DNA of 63,985 nt, the filler included, from Octopus bimaculoides (taxonomy: Eukaryota): assembly GCF_001194135.2 (NCBI RefSeq). It is 7 parts of 7 records of this genome, joined end to end, with 100 filler letters (N's around TTAATTAATTAA, not from the genome) between each part and the next. Parts side by side here need not be neighbours in the genome. Positions count along the whole stretch, not along the records: positions 1 to 15,815 come from NC_068988.1; positions 15,916 to 40,852 come from NC_068983.1; 5 more parts are not named here. The stretch is one strand, 5' to 3'. Of this stretch, positions 11,706 through 25,990 are shown piece by piece. The notes below the pieces were generated by a model, which did not search any database, was not told where the DNA came from, and worked only from the letters and a program-made list of their open reading frames with translations. Both the position numbers and the translations under genes were made by a program. The first letter of the stretch is position 1; each line of letters starts with the position of its first letter.

Positions 11706-13452
11706 GACATTAAAATCTACTCCAAACTACAACCCTCAATTGGTAAGATTTTATCACCTCGAAAGAATTATATGCAATGGTGAAATTGCTGAGATCTGAA
11801 CTTAGATAGTAGAGATTCTGAAGAAATATCGCGAGATATTCAGTCCAACAACTGTGCCTAATGGCTTTCTCGTTTACGGCATCAAAATAAAATATAACTT
11901 GAAATATTACTTTATATCTCTTATTGCATGTCTTTCACTGTCAGAAATAGCATTATTCTGAGGCAGAGTGCGAAAATTCAGTTGCTTTGCCGTTGCATTC
12001 ATGAGGTGGTTGCATGTAAAGTTGTTTAAGTTTTCTAATATGCTTAACAGTTATCTTCTCACACTTTTGGTGGTATGCTATACTCGTGCAGTCGGATTGC
12101 AGTGTATTACGTATATTGTTTTGAACAGCGAAAATATATTTGAAAATCACCTTAAAACACTTACTTTACAATATATATNNNNNNNNNNNNNNNNNNNNNN
12201 NNNNNNNNNNNNNNNNNNNNNNNNNNNNNNNNNNNNNNNNNNNNNNNNNNNNNNNNNNNNNNNNNNNNNNNNNNNNNNNNNNNNNNNNNNNNNNNNNNNN
12301 NNNNNNNNNNNNNNNNNNNNNNNNNNNNNNNNNNNNNNNNNNNNNNNNNNNNNNNNNNNNNNNNNNNNNNNNNNNNNNNNNNNNNNNNNNNNNNNNNNNN
12401 NNNNNNNNNNNNNNNNNNNNNNNNNNNNNNNNNNNNNNNNNNNNNNNNNNNNNNNNNNNNNNNNNNNNNNNNNNNNNNNNNNNNNNNNNNNNNNNNNNNN
12501 NNNNNNNNNNNNNNNNNNNNNNNNNNNNNNNNNNNNNNNNNNNNNNNNNNNNNNNNNNNNNNNNNNNNNNNNNNNNNNNNNNNNNNNNNNNNNNNNNNNN
12601 NNNNNNNNNNNNNNNNNNNNNNNNNNNNNNAAACGTGGGTGTATGTGTTTAATGCACACACTATGCTGTAGTAACAATGATTAATATCTTCTGGAAAATA
12701 TCGTTGTATTATCCAATACTTGATCTGTTCCGAATTATCGAATTTCAACCATTTTCTTGAAAGTTCCACAGCAATCACCATTTTTATTTTACTCGTGGCT
12801 CTCGCTCTAAGCCTGCCATTTGCCGAGAATATCTCGTTGAAATCCACCATTAAATAATAAACGTGCTCTGATTCGCAAAAGCTTTAATCTCGCCTATGAT
12901 GCCTTTTAAAATTAACAGTGATCTTGTTTAGTGCTTTTTGAGGTGTTAGTCAGTTAAGAAATTTCACAAAGATGTATTTGGTACATTAGCCTTGATGCTG
13001 TCTCATTAGACTCCAGTACTAATCTGATTTCTACATTGTCCATACTAAATATGCTCTTCTCGTGCTCCTCGCCACAAACGAAATGGTTTTAAATGACAAG
13101 CAATCACATGCGAGTTTATTCGGAATGTACGAAAAACACATGACGTACACACATTGAAAATAGCACCAACTCATCTCCAATGCATTGGACAACAATAAGA
13201 AGCAATTTCTCTTGTAGACAAAATCAATATACGTATAGACATACATATATATGTGTCTAGTGCGTATGAGTCTATCTATGTAAGTATATATACACAGGCA
13301 TATATAAATACATATATAGATATATATACACGTACATTTATACACACACGCACATATATTTATATGTCTGCGTGTGTATTTACACAGGACCTAGCACTCA
13401 TATACACCTGCATATATATGAATATGTATATATACGTATATAACATATGCAT

Positions 13453-13493
<41 letters not shown>

Positions 13494-15773
13494 TGTACTT
13501 GTAAATACATACGAGCACATAAGCATGCACTCATACACACAGACAAATATATATATATGCATATATACATACATAAGTACATATATATATGTATATGAAC
13601 AAATGTATACATATATATAAATATATATATATATACATATATATATATGTATGTGTATATATANNNNNNNNNNATCAATCACAGCCCAGTAATTTCATGC
13701 ATTTATTCAGCAAACAGAATAAGCATTAACACATGACGTTTATTGTATGTGTGTGTGTGTGTGCATGTGCGTGTGTCTATATGATATCCACGTATGTGTG
13801 TGTTCGAGTATGCAAAATCGAAAGAAGAGTCACTCAAACAACACAAAAACGAATGCAGCACTATGAATAAGGTATTTTTATGCTTGAATGAAAGGAAAAT
13901 GCACCTATATATGTATACGAGTGTGTATGTATGCATGTGTTTGTATGTATGTGTGTGTGCGTTTGTATGTGTGTTTGTGCGTGTGTGTGGGTGAGTGTTG
14001 TGCGTGTGTTTGTTTGAGTGTGTATTGAAATTCAAATGGAAAAAACAAACATACACCTGAACATTCAATGAGCAGCCACAACTGGGTGTCTAACTGCAAG
14101 CATATATTCCGTCACTCTTTGACGCACACACACACACACACACACACACNNNNNNNNNNNNNNNNNNNNNNNNNNNNNNNNNNNNNNNNNNNNNNNNNNN
14201 NNNNNNNNNNNNNNNNNNNNNNNNNNNNNNNNNNNNNNNNNNNNNNNNNNNNNNNNNNNNNNNNNNNNNNNNNNNNNNNNNNNNNNNNNNNNNNNNNNNN
14301 NNNNNNNNNNNNNNNNNNNNNNNNNNNNNNNNNNNNNNNNNNNNNNNNNNNNNNNNNNNNNNNNNNNNNNNNNNNNNNNNNNNNNNNNNNNNNNNNNNNN
14401 NNNNNNNNNNNNNNNNNNNNNNNNNNNNNNNNNNNNNNNNNNNNNNNNNNNNNNNNNNNNNNNNNNNNNNNNNNNNNNNNNNNNNNNNNNNNNNNNNNNN
14501 NNNNNNNNNNNNNNNNNNNNNNNNNNNNNNNNNNNNNNNNNNNNNNNNNNNNNNNNNNNNNNNNNNNNNNNNNNNNNNNNNNNNNNNNNNNNNNNNNNNN
14601 NNNNNNNNNNNNNNNNNNNNNNNNNNNNNNNNNNNNNNNNNNNNNNNNNNNNNNNNNNNNNNNNNNNNNNNNNNNNNNNNNNNNNNNNNNNNNNNNNNNN
14701 NNNNNNNNNNNNNNNNNNNNNNNNNNNNNNNNNNNNNNNNNNNNNNNNNNNNNNNNNNNNNNNNNNNNNNNNNNNNNNNNNNNNNNNNNNNNNNNNNNNN
14801 NNNNNNNNNNNNNNNNNNNNNNNNNNNNNNNNNNNNNNNNNNNNNNNNNNNNNNNNNNNNNNNNNNNNNNNNNNNNNNNNNNNNNNNNNNNNNNNNNNNN
14901 NNNNNNNNNNNNNNNNNNNNNNNNNNNNNNNNNNNNNNNNNNNNNNNNNNNNNNNNNNNNNNNNNNNNNNNNNNNNNNNNNNNNNNNNNNNNNNNNNNNN
15001 NNNNNNNNNNNNNNNNNNNNNNNNNNNNNNNNNNNNNNNNNNNNNNNNNNNNNNNNNNNNNNNNNTATATATATATATATATATTTATATATACATACAT
15101 ATATACACGTACATATTAGAGTTGGAGATAGACCTATTGATATTTATACACCTACATATAAACCGTTCGTGGTTGGGCATCGATGGATATTAATGGAGAC
15201 TTTAATGCTGTTTTACTCCATTCTTTTAGCGACTTGTAGCGATAACGGATCGAATCTCGGCCATAAATCACAAGCAGTGTGTGGCAGCCACGTTATAGCT
15301 CAGATGTGGAAATCCTCGCCATAAAGATGTGCAATATAATGTTCGGGTAAAGGGAAAGTAGCTGAAAATAGAACGTTCATATATTCAGGGTCTCGTCAGA
15401 GCTATAAAATTTCTTGAAAGTGACGTGACGCACATACAAAGACAAATGGAGAGAGGGAGAGGCAGTGAGGCAGAGGGAGTGAGGTAGTGTGATGTGTGTG
15501 GTGCTGGTGGTAGGAGGAGAGAAATATCACTGCATACATATTCATAAGTGCACAGAAATGCACACACACAAACACACACACACACACACACACATACACA
15601 CACAGAGTCAAGTACACAGTCAACTCTCACACATATCTATATATATTTGCAACTTCATATGTATATATATATAGAGAGAGAGAGAACGGGTAAGCAACAT
15701 ATATATACACACATATATGCACTTACACACAAACATGCATATATACTCACATCTTTACACACAAAATATAAGC

Positions 15774-15815
<42 letters not shown>

Positions 15816-15859
15816 NNNNNNNNNNNNNNNNNNNNNNNNNNNNNNNNNNNNNNNNNNNN

Positions 15860-15871
15860 TTAATTAATTAA
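15860..15871. other. Artificial scaffold linker TTAATTAATTAA
   Basis: Six-frame stop palindrome between two 44-N runs. Confidence 0.95.
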
Positions 15872-15915
15872 NNNNNNNNNNNNNNNNNNNNNNNNNNNNN
15901 NNNNNNNNNNNNNNN

Positions 15916-15969
<54 letters not shown>

Positions 15970-16300
15970 AAGGAGCTAGCGGGTGAGCGAGAGAAAAGGA
16001 GATGAAGAAAGTGGGTGTGTAAGAAGAAGAAATACCGTTGTAAAAGTGTAATGTGTAATATAATACGAACGAGAGTGAGAGAACGATAATGTTATACGAA
16101 TACAACTATGAAGCACAATCATTCCGTTTCAGTCTATAACATTACTATTGGCATTATGTTTATCCAAATATTTAAATAATGGATAATTTTTCCTCCTTTC
16201 ATTCATCGATTCGATTTTTCACTTAACTATTATTTTCACACACATAAAAAACACTGATGCATGCACATACACATGTACTTTCTCTTGCAAACACATAGAT

Positions 16301-16331
<31 letters not shown>

Positions 16332-16487
16332 NNNNNNNNNNNNNNNNNNNNNNNNNNNNNNNNNNNNNNNNNNNNNNNNNNNNNNNNNNNNNNNNNNNNN
16401 NNNNNNNNNNNNNNNNNNNNNNNTATATATATATATATATGTATACATACGTACATATATATACACTCATGCAAACCCTCAGACGCA

Positions 16488-16525
<38 letters not shown>

Positions 16526-16553
16526 TGCATGTAAATATATACATGTATACACA

Positions 16554-16596
<43 letters not shown>

Positions 16597-16842
16597 ACAC
16601 ACACACACACACATATATATGTATATATATTTGTGTGTATGTGTGTTTGTGTGTGTATACTGAAAGCGCAAAGAATGAAGACATTTCTGTTGGCTACCTC
16701 GAGGGGATATTTCGTTATATTTTGTCATAACCGTGCAGCTAACGAGGTTGTTTGTCATGGTTCTTTACAAATGTTCGCTTGCAAATCCTTCAGCTGACCT
16801 AGGACGGTTGCTATCAAAATAATAATAATAATAATAATAATG

Positions 16843-16904
<62 letters not shown>

Positions 16905-17730
16905 CAGAACAACAGCAAAACAATAGCAACAACAGTAGCAGTAACCAGAACAACAAGAACAACAGCAACAACAACATCGACAACAACCACTGCATACATA
17001 TAGACGTATGCAGATAGATATGTATTATTTCGCTACTTTTTCCGAGTTGACATTTTTATTTTTCATTCAGCCGTTTACTTCTAGAGAGGAAAATAGTTGA
17101 GTTCTTTGAAAAGTGTGATCATTATTTAGAATTGCATGATGTATAGACTTTAGCAACAGGTTGAAATGGAAATGATTTTGTTTGAGATGAGAGTAGAGAG
17201 AGCATAAAGGTCAACATGAGTAGTAGAATAGAGGGAAATAAATAGACAGATAAATAAAATAAGGAAAGAAAGACATAAAACCCCCAAACGAAAACAAAAC
17301 AAACATGGCGACAATAGAAACAAGACATTAGTAATTTATTAGTACAGTATAAAGAAGGTTTTACTCCTCCTCCTCCTCCTTCTCCTGAGTTTTCCCCTGC
17401 TTACCTCTTCTTGATGTTTTATTGTGAGATGATGGTTAAATGTCCTGTCGAACGAATAAAGTAGAGCTAATGAGGGTGACATTTAGCGTTTACCATTTGA
17501 CAACAACTAAGACACAACAACGACAGCAACAGTAACAACAGTCTACTAATACAACGCTTCCTTCTCTTCTACCTACTACTACTACTACTATTACTACTAC
17601 TACTAGATGATCACAACAAAAAAAAACAACAACACGTGCTCCAGTGTTGTCGTTAAATCAAACCAATGGCTCAGAATAAACACTAGATTAACACTAGTTT
17701 CGATTTTCGTGAATGTAGTGTCTAGCTACT

Positions 17731-17769
<39 letters not shown>

Positions 17770-20700
17770 TTATTAGTTAGAGGTATTAGAATACTTGTAC
17801 CTGGATTTGAAGTTCAAATTTGCCGCGGGTACTGTTTTGATCTGTTCGTACAAAAGAAATACTTTTTTTTTTTTAATAAGATTACACTGTTTCAGGTATG
17901 CTCCTGCATCATGGGCATAAGTTACAAACTGATTAGGAGAACACGTCGAACGCAATAGAACAGATAACTCGTTAGGACCAAGAAACAAAAGCAAAGCAAC
18001 TTATTCTATCTCATGAGTGTGTGTAGACTAAACAACTAAAAACAATCAAACAAAAGAACACTGAATGGATCTTCCAGCGGTTTAGACGATAAATATTCAA
18101 TTATTCAATGAAGAGGACTACTTATTAACTTACTTATAGGATATATATATATATATATATATATATANNNNNNNNNNNNNNNNNNNNNNNNNNNNNNNNN
18201 NNNNNNNNNNNNNNNNNNNNNNNNNNNNNNNNNNNNNNNNNNNNNNNNNNNNNNNNNNNNNNNNNNNNNNNNNNNNNNNNNNNNNNNNNNNNNNNNNNNN
18301 NNNNNNNNNNNNNNNNNNNNNNNNNNNNNNNNNNNNNNNNNNNNNNNNNNNNNNNNNNNNNNNNNNNNNNNNNNNNNNNNNNNNNNNNNNNNNNNNNNNN
18401 NNNNNNNNNNNNNNNNNNNNNNNNNNNNNNNNNNNNNNNNNNNNNNNNNNNNNNNNNNNNNNNNNNNNNNNNNNNNNNNNNNNNNNNNNNNNNNNNNNNN
18501 NNNNNNNNNNNNNNNNNNNNNNNNNNNNNNNNNNNNNNNNNNNNNNNNNNNNNNNNNNNNNNNNNNNNNNNNNNNNNNNNNNNNNNNNNNNNNNNNNNNN
18601 NNNNNNNNNNNNNNNNNNNNNNNNNNNNNNNNNNNNNNNNNNNNNNNNNNNNNNNNNNNNNNNNNNNNNNNNNNNNNNNNNNNNNNNNNNNNNNNNNNNN
18701 NNNNNNNNNNNNNNNNNNNNNNNNNNNNNNNNNNNNNNNNNNNNNNNNNNNNNNNNNNNNNNNNNNNNNNNNNNNNNNNNNNNNNNNNNNNNNNNNNNNN
18801 NNNNNNNNNNNNNNNNNNNNNNNNNNNNNNNNNNNNNNNNNNNNNNNNNNNNNNNNNNNNNNNNNNNNNNNNNNNNNNNNNNNNNNNNNNNNNNNNNNNN
18901 NNNNNNNNNNNNNNNNNNNNNNNNNNNNNNNNNNNNNNNNNNNNNNNNNNNNNNNNNNNNNNNNNNNNNNNNNNNNNTATATATATATATATATATATAT
19001 ATGTTTGTGTGTGTATAAAATCGAATTAACCACGAACGCTTGCCTCCTTAACGTAATCATCATGCGAAAATCACTGTGATGGAGTACTAGACGGCTGGTC
19101 CTTTGGAGTGCAGACGCAGTTCATTCATCGAACATCCTCTCAGATTTCGTTCGTCAAATTCTACTTTCAAAAGCGTTCTGCTGGCCCAACATGTGCCTAA
19201 TGCTTTGTGCAATTGGATTGAATTTAAGGTCTCATAATACTAAAAACTAAACACTTAGCTGCTTGACCATGTGTCCAGAATGAATTAAGCACATGCACTT
19301 AAGTAGACATGCATATACGTTCACGTAGTCCTGCTCCAATTTGTGCTATATGGAGAAGATGGCTATCATATGTAAAAATACTAACTCCAAAGACTATATA
19401 CTAAGATCTTTAGGGGTTTCATGTAACCTATGACAATGACAATGAATGAATCAGACCTCGTGGCAATGTAATCGACTAAAAGGCACAGAACAACGCAAAT
19501 ATAAACGCAAAATGCAAACAATAAATGCAAATATAAACGTAAAATGCAAATAGAAAATCTAGCAAAACCGGATGCAGTTATGCAATTGACCAATAGAAAG
19601 TGTACGATTATTAAACTAGTCATGGAAAACGATAGCTATAGACAAAATAACTAATTTGATCCATATCAAATAATCCTCACGCAAAATAAAGAAGACAATT
19701 CTTATTTGAGATTGCAGAGGTATTACATTTAAGTAGTGAAAAGAGAATTTATTAAATAGGCAGAATAGTCTATAACATGCATCGAGTACATTCTTCCAGT
19801 TTTCATTCACAAACCATATCCTTGAAATGTAGATATATGTATGTGTAGTTACATATACCTACACATATACTTAAATACACACGTACACACACACATGTAC
19901 GCATACATATATGTATGTGTGTGGGTGTATGTGTGGGTGTATGTGTGCATGTTTCATATATATACATATATATATATACGTGTATATATTTGTACTTATG
20001 TATGTATGTATGTATGTATATATGTATGTATGCATGCATGTATCTATGCATATGCTCTACGTGTTTTTGTTGAGTAGTGAAGAACAGGAATCATTTTATG
20101 ACGAGTCAAGTGGACGATGTGGTTTCTAATCGTATCTTGTCTGAACAAATCTTGCATTTGTAAAATCATTTGTAAAATCATTAAGAAGTTATACAATCCA
20201 AGGACTAATAAATTGCTACTAATCGTATCAACATTGATGTATCGCCAAGGCCTAAATCTTTGAATTTGCTTGCTTTCCCATTTTTGATAATACCTTTCTC
20301 TCTTTTGCCCCAATGTTCAGTTTGGCATTGAAGTATTAAAACAGAATGTTTTTATGCCACAAAATGAAAAGAAAAATATTGCAAATGTGAGTCTCATCTT
20401 AAAGACTTTTGAAACGTAGAACATACTGGATAATCAACTGTAGTCCTAGATAAACATCTCATAAAAAAGTGTGACATAGTTTTCACTGGAACGTCTTTTA
20501 ACCTAGGTTTCCAATAAAATGTATAGCCTTGTGTTAAACGACATTATTAACATGAATTATAGCAAAGCAATTATCACGTAATGTTAAAATAGCATTTCAC
20601 CGTCAATATATGATTATAGACATCTTAGAATCATTTCAATCAGCAGAATGCTGGCTAATCCTTCGGCTGACACTGAACAGCGTCTCAGTGAATTCAATGA

Positions 20701-22701
20701 CTATAATTTCGATCAACTTTTCAAAATATGTACTATATAAACATTTGTTTGCGCCTACTAGAGAAATTATGCGGTTCTTCAGCATATGAGATACATGCTC
20801 CGACTTTCCTGAAAGCTCTGTTCATTCTCACCTGTTTTTGGTCTTTCTACACTAGCTCAGCCCCCCCCCCCCAAAAAAAAAACAATGTTTTGCTTTATCA
20901 CAAGTCACAACTTCACTCAATGAAATATGTTCTGCTTCAATTATTTCAACCACAATGTTAAAATCTCCATTTATTCCACTAATTTACCACGAGAAAAATT
21001 TCAAATGCATTAAAAAAAATCTATTTATGATGAACTGGAGGACAAGTTCGAGGTGTCAGCTAGTTTTAGGTTTAAAAAAATGTAGAAGGTGCTATTGTGT
21101 GAATATAACTTGTGTGACAGCAAGATATCGAAGTATCTAAATCATTCATTTCAGGGTTCGAAGTGAATTTATGCAGGGTCTGTAATCACTTTCAGGTTTC
21201 AAAGTGTAACATATTTCGAAAAAAGTATGCGTTCTGAGTTGAAGTGGTCGGGATGGACTAACACGTTTATTTAGAGGGAACATTTCTGGAACTCTGAAAC
21301 TAAAACCGATGTCACTCTACTTTTGGGAAACTACGTGTACATTAAACGTTTTAAGTTGCAATTGTCAGTATATTGGACAGCAGAAAATAAGGCATAGGAC
21401 ACCCAAAAATTACTCTTGAACTTATACACGAACCAATTTTTCACTCTTCTAATTCTAGATTTCGAATAGTTTTCGTACGAAAATATGGTGTTTCGTCAAG
21501 CATAAAATGTATGCAGTCTACAAACTTCTAAAACAGAATCTGTTTGAAATGAAAAGACTCGGGTACAATGGGAATTTCAAGGTGTGTTTCCTGCAGGAAT
21601 CATCTGAGAAAATTATTAATATGTGAGACAGAAACCTTGATATGAGTATTAGCCATCATTTAGCATTTTAAATATTCTCCATTTTATTGACAACGCCATA
21701 AAATATAATAAATAAAGCTGATTTAATGCGGTTGGAGACGATGTCGTCTGGGAATTGATTATTAATTGGAAAGGAAAAAGAAAAAAAAACTCTTCCTACA
21801 AAAGAGGTAGAAGATTTAAGAGACCACTCTGACAGTTTAAATGTTTTGTTAATTTTAACACTTTGCTTACGAAATGTAGCGAAATGGATCGTGAAAGGAC
21901 ATGAAATAACTCTGTAAAAATGAGTTTAACTGAAGCGTTTAGGAGAGAAAAATAAAGGCTCAGAAAACAACACCGAGTTCATATTTGATAAAAATGTGTA
22001 ATCCTCAACCTAACATGCCATTAGACCATTATTACAGCAATAATGTTGTATTCAGTTTCAATGTTGACGAGGTTAGCACAGAGCACAGGGCACAGGGTAC
22101 AAAAACAGTACATACACATACATACATACATACATACATACACACACACATACATACATACATACATACATACACACACACATACACACACACATATATA
22201 CATATACATATATATACATATATATAGTCGTAGAGAGGTTATGTGCCTCCAGCCATTTGAGTCTGACGTGTCCTCTAAGCGCTATATAGGTGCGAAACCA
22301 ATAGTAACTCTCTGACCGGCTGTTAGAAACAATCTTATATATGTNNNNNNNNNNNNNNNNNNNNNNNNNNNNNNNNNNNNNNNNNNNNNNNNNNNNNNNN
22401 NNNNNNNNNNNNNNNNNNNNNNNNNNNNNNNNNNNNNNNNNNNNNNNNNNNNNNNNNNNNNNNNNNNNNNNNNNNNNNNNNNNNNNNNNNNNNNNNNNNN
22501 NNNNNNNNNNNNNNNNNNNNNNNNNNNNATATATATATATATATATATATATATACATTGAAGGAAAGAACATGGAAAAAAAGTGGCTGCATGAATAATT
22601 TACTTTTATGATATAAAAATATTGAAAAGATATTTTTAAAAACATAATACAAATACATTTATTATAAGATGGAAAGCTTAAAACAAATGAGAAAAACCTA
22701 C

Positions 22702-22952
22702 ATATATGTTTCAGCACTATCTCCTAGTTGAAAAGGAATTCTAAGCATTTGGTTAAATGCTATGAAAGCTATCATTTTCTAACTATATGGTGTAGTACCT
22801 CTTCGGAGTTATTATGAGCTTATAGAACTTAGGTTATCATTTTTCCTTCTCTGTTTTCTGTGTACATATATTTAGAAAATGATACCTTTATTAACATTTA
22901 AGCAAATGCTTAGAATTCCTTTTCAACTAGGAGATAGTACTGAAACATATAT
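22702..22952. mobile_element. MITE-like element with 88-bp terminal inverted repeats
   Basis: 22702-22789 vs reverse complement of 22865-22952 match at 81/88; outer ends are TA-rich; no ORF. Confidence 0.8.
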
Positions 22953-24808
22953 TTTAGCATTACAGTTTATAATTAATTTAATTGTATTGCTATGTTTAAA
23001 AAAAACAACTTTTCAACACTTTTATATCATATAAATACATAATTCATACATTCACTTTTCTCCCTTTTTTTCCCTTCAATATTAATAGTATGTATTACTA
23101 CAATAATCCCTAACATATAGCAGTGACTTTCGCATTTTATGATAGTGATTAACCAGTGGAGTCTTTTGGACTGTATAATCCCTAATGTGGATCTAACTTC
23201 CTCGAATTGACTACATATATATACACACACACACTCACACACTCAAACACACACACACACACACGCACACACAGAAATTTACGTTGAAATTGACTCTGTA
23301 GAAGTTTACTCAAAGTGTGTATGTATTTGTGTGCGTGTTTGTGCGTGTATATGTGTGTGTGTTTGTTTGTTTGTTTGTATGTGTGTGAGTGTGTGTGTGT
23401 GTGCGCGCGCGCACGTGTGTTTGTATTGCTGGTTGCCCATGTAAACATGAAATCAATGATTACAGACCCTGCATAAATTTCTAATGCATATGTCATAATC
23501 ATGCTTTCATGACAATAATTTAATCGAAGGTATTCGAATGCATGCATAACCGGCATTAAACCAAGCTATCGATTCACTTTCATTGTTATCTAAACACAAA
23601 TAGATTTATATACATGTTTAGAAATAAACAACTGATATAGAAACAAATTTCCCATAAATTTTACATTTTTAAATCTTAAAATAGAAAGTGACATTTGATA
23701 ATGCTGTTCTAGAAAATTTGAATATTTATATTTGAATAGGTAGTTATGGCTGTAGTATTTTTTATAATATGTCTGTGTGATCAAAACTGACTGAAGTCAT
23801 TCTCTATCACACAACAACAACAAAAGAAAATGAAAAAAACGCGAGCGCTCAAACTGCTAAATGGTTGCTCAACTTACTAAATATATCAAGCAATTTCTCT
23901 TCAGATCATACTCTAATGTCTTAGCGAAAAGAAAGATGCATGAGATAACATACTTTTAGAAAAACCGTATAGATATGACTGGACTGTTATTAATCAAAGA
24001 TCTGGTTTTTCCTGCCATACCTGGAGCTAAGATAACGCTTCTCAAATCGAAAAATATCAAGCTGATCCATTGAAATATTACTAAAATTTCTAGTCCCCAG
24101 CTTCCCTCTATATTCACCAGAAGACAAACTTAGTGTTACATTCATATAATGTTTTCTTTACTATGGCGTTGGACGCGTTTAAAAAGTTCAAAATCATAAT
24201 TTTGTTGAATACGGCGATTTGTCCGCTTCCTTTTCAACAGTGGAGAGTATATTTCACTCAAACGATCTGCTATATGAAACACTAGGCTAATAAACCATAT
24301 GTACAACACAGTCAGAAGTACGATTCAACAAGGGAGCTACTGCTTCCATGAGGTCAAATCATCTTTCAGAGACTGCAGTAAAATTTTCCTTAAATCATAG
24401 CCTGCTGCCTTAAAAATACGAAGGACATTGCATAATTTAGTCTTAGATTAATGGTATCTGAATACTCTCGAACTGGATTAGATTGGCATCATCAGGATAG
24501 ACAGGGATATAATAATAACAACAACAACAACCAAACAACGACAGTAAAATCAAACGCAGCACGCACGATTGTAAGTGGTTTACATAAGCAAATGGTGTTT
24601 CAGATGAAATAAAATTTAATCAACACTGACGATCCTCTTGTGAAATTTACAGGAAGTGTTATATTACCAACACCAAAAGAAGATACTGTCTGATTTAGTA
24701 AAGTATAAATATTATTGGTGGTATCTATATCGATATATGGTAATATTGATATTTTCCTAGTTTTGGTGTTAACATAATTACTAATGAATGTGTGTATACA
24801 TACATACA

Positions 24809-24871
<63 letters not shown>

Positions 24872-24885
24872 ATATCTATCTTTCT

Positions 24886-24942
<57 letters not shown>

Positions 24943-25153
24943 GTATATCTGCGTGTGTGAGTATGAATTTTGTAGTAATGTTATTTGTAAACACGCAAGC
25001 CACATATTATGTACATATCTTTACACGTATGTACACATTCGTTTGTAGTTATGAGTATATTACACAAAAAATCTATACGCGAATATAGTGCTGCATTAAA
25101 ATTGATACATTGTCATTAATCACCAAGCTATGAATAACATTTTATCGATGTGC

Positions 25154-25197
<44 letters not shown>

Positions 25198-25207
25198 NNN
25201 NNNNNNN

Positions 25208-25240
<33 letters not shown>

Positions 25241-25659
25241 TATACGTGCGTGTGTGCGTGTGTGCGTGCGCGTGGGTCTGTGTGTCTCTGTGTCTTTGTG
25301 TGTGTGTTTTATATATATATATGTATATGCATATGTATATGTGTGCATGTATGTATGTATGATGATATAAGGCTATTGATCCGTTATAACATATATTTTG
25401 TTACCTCCTTTATTAATGTCACGCATACACACACATACACGCACACACACACACATACACACAGAAGCACAAGTATACAGGTGCTTATATGTATTCAATA
25501 GGAAAGATAGAGTTGAAACGTCATATGAAAGGTTGATTTCTTCATGGTACACATCATATATATGTATATATGTGTGTGCATATGTGTGTGTGTTTGTGTA
25601 TGTATCATCATAAGATTGTACATATGTATGCACAAAATAAGAGAAAAAAAGGATCAAAA

Positions 25660-25900
25660 GTCCTCCTCGAGGCATTGGCTCGTAAGACCTGTTCCCTGGG
25701 TTCTGTGGCATATGTTATCCTCTGGATGAGACGTCGCTTCGTCGCATGATTACACATTTTTGCCAGCTAAATGGAATGGAGCAACGTGAGATGAAATGTT
25801 TTGATCAAGAATGCAACGTATCACTGGGTCTAGGAATCGAAACCACAATCTTACAAACAATCATGAGTGCAACACCTTAACCACTAAGCCACGCATTTCC
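25660..25900 (-). mobile_element. SINE family C-related copy
   Basis: Minus strand GCGTGGCTTAGTGGTTAAGGTGTTGCACTC...GTGGTTTCGATTCC...TTCTTGATCAAAACATTTCATCTCACGTTGCTCCA. Confidence 0.65.
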
Positions 25901-25959
25901 ACATACACCTACAATCACACAGAGTTATATATACTTATGTTACTATGTTGCTTATGTAA

Positions 25960-25990
<31 letters not shown>

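Noticed and set aside
12140-15324. Long ORFs of 170-418 aa, and similar ones at 18.1, 38.6, 45.0 and 50.7 kb
   Set aside because: They stay open only because they cross N gaps
15860-15871. TTAATTAATTAA as a homeodomain site or piggyBac TTAA target
   Set aside because: Always embedded in fixed-length N padding; synthetic
21380-21620. IWCFVKHKMYA, reminiscent of a Tc1 transposase W..VK..VY motif
   Set aside because: No recognisable DDE/SPDLNP context or TIRs; too weak by eye
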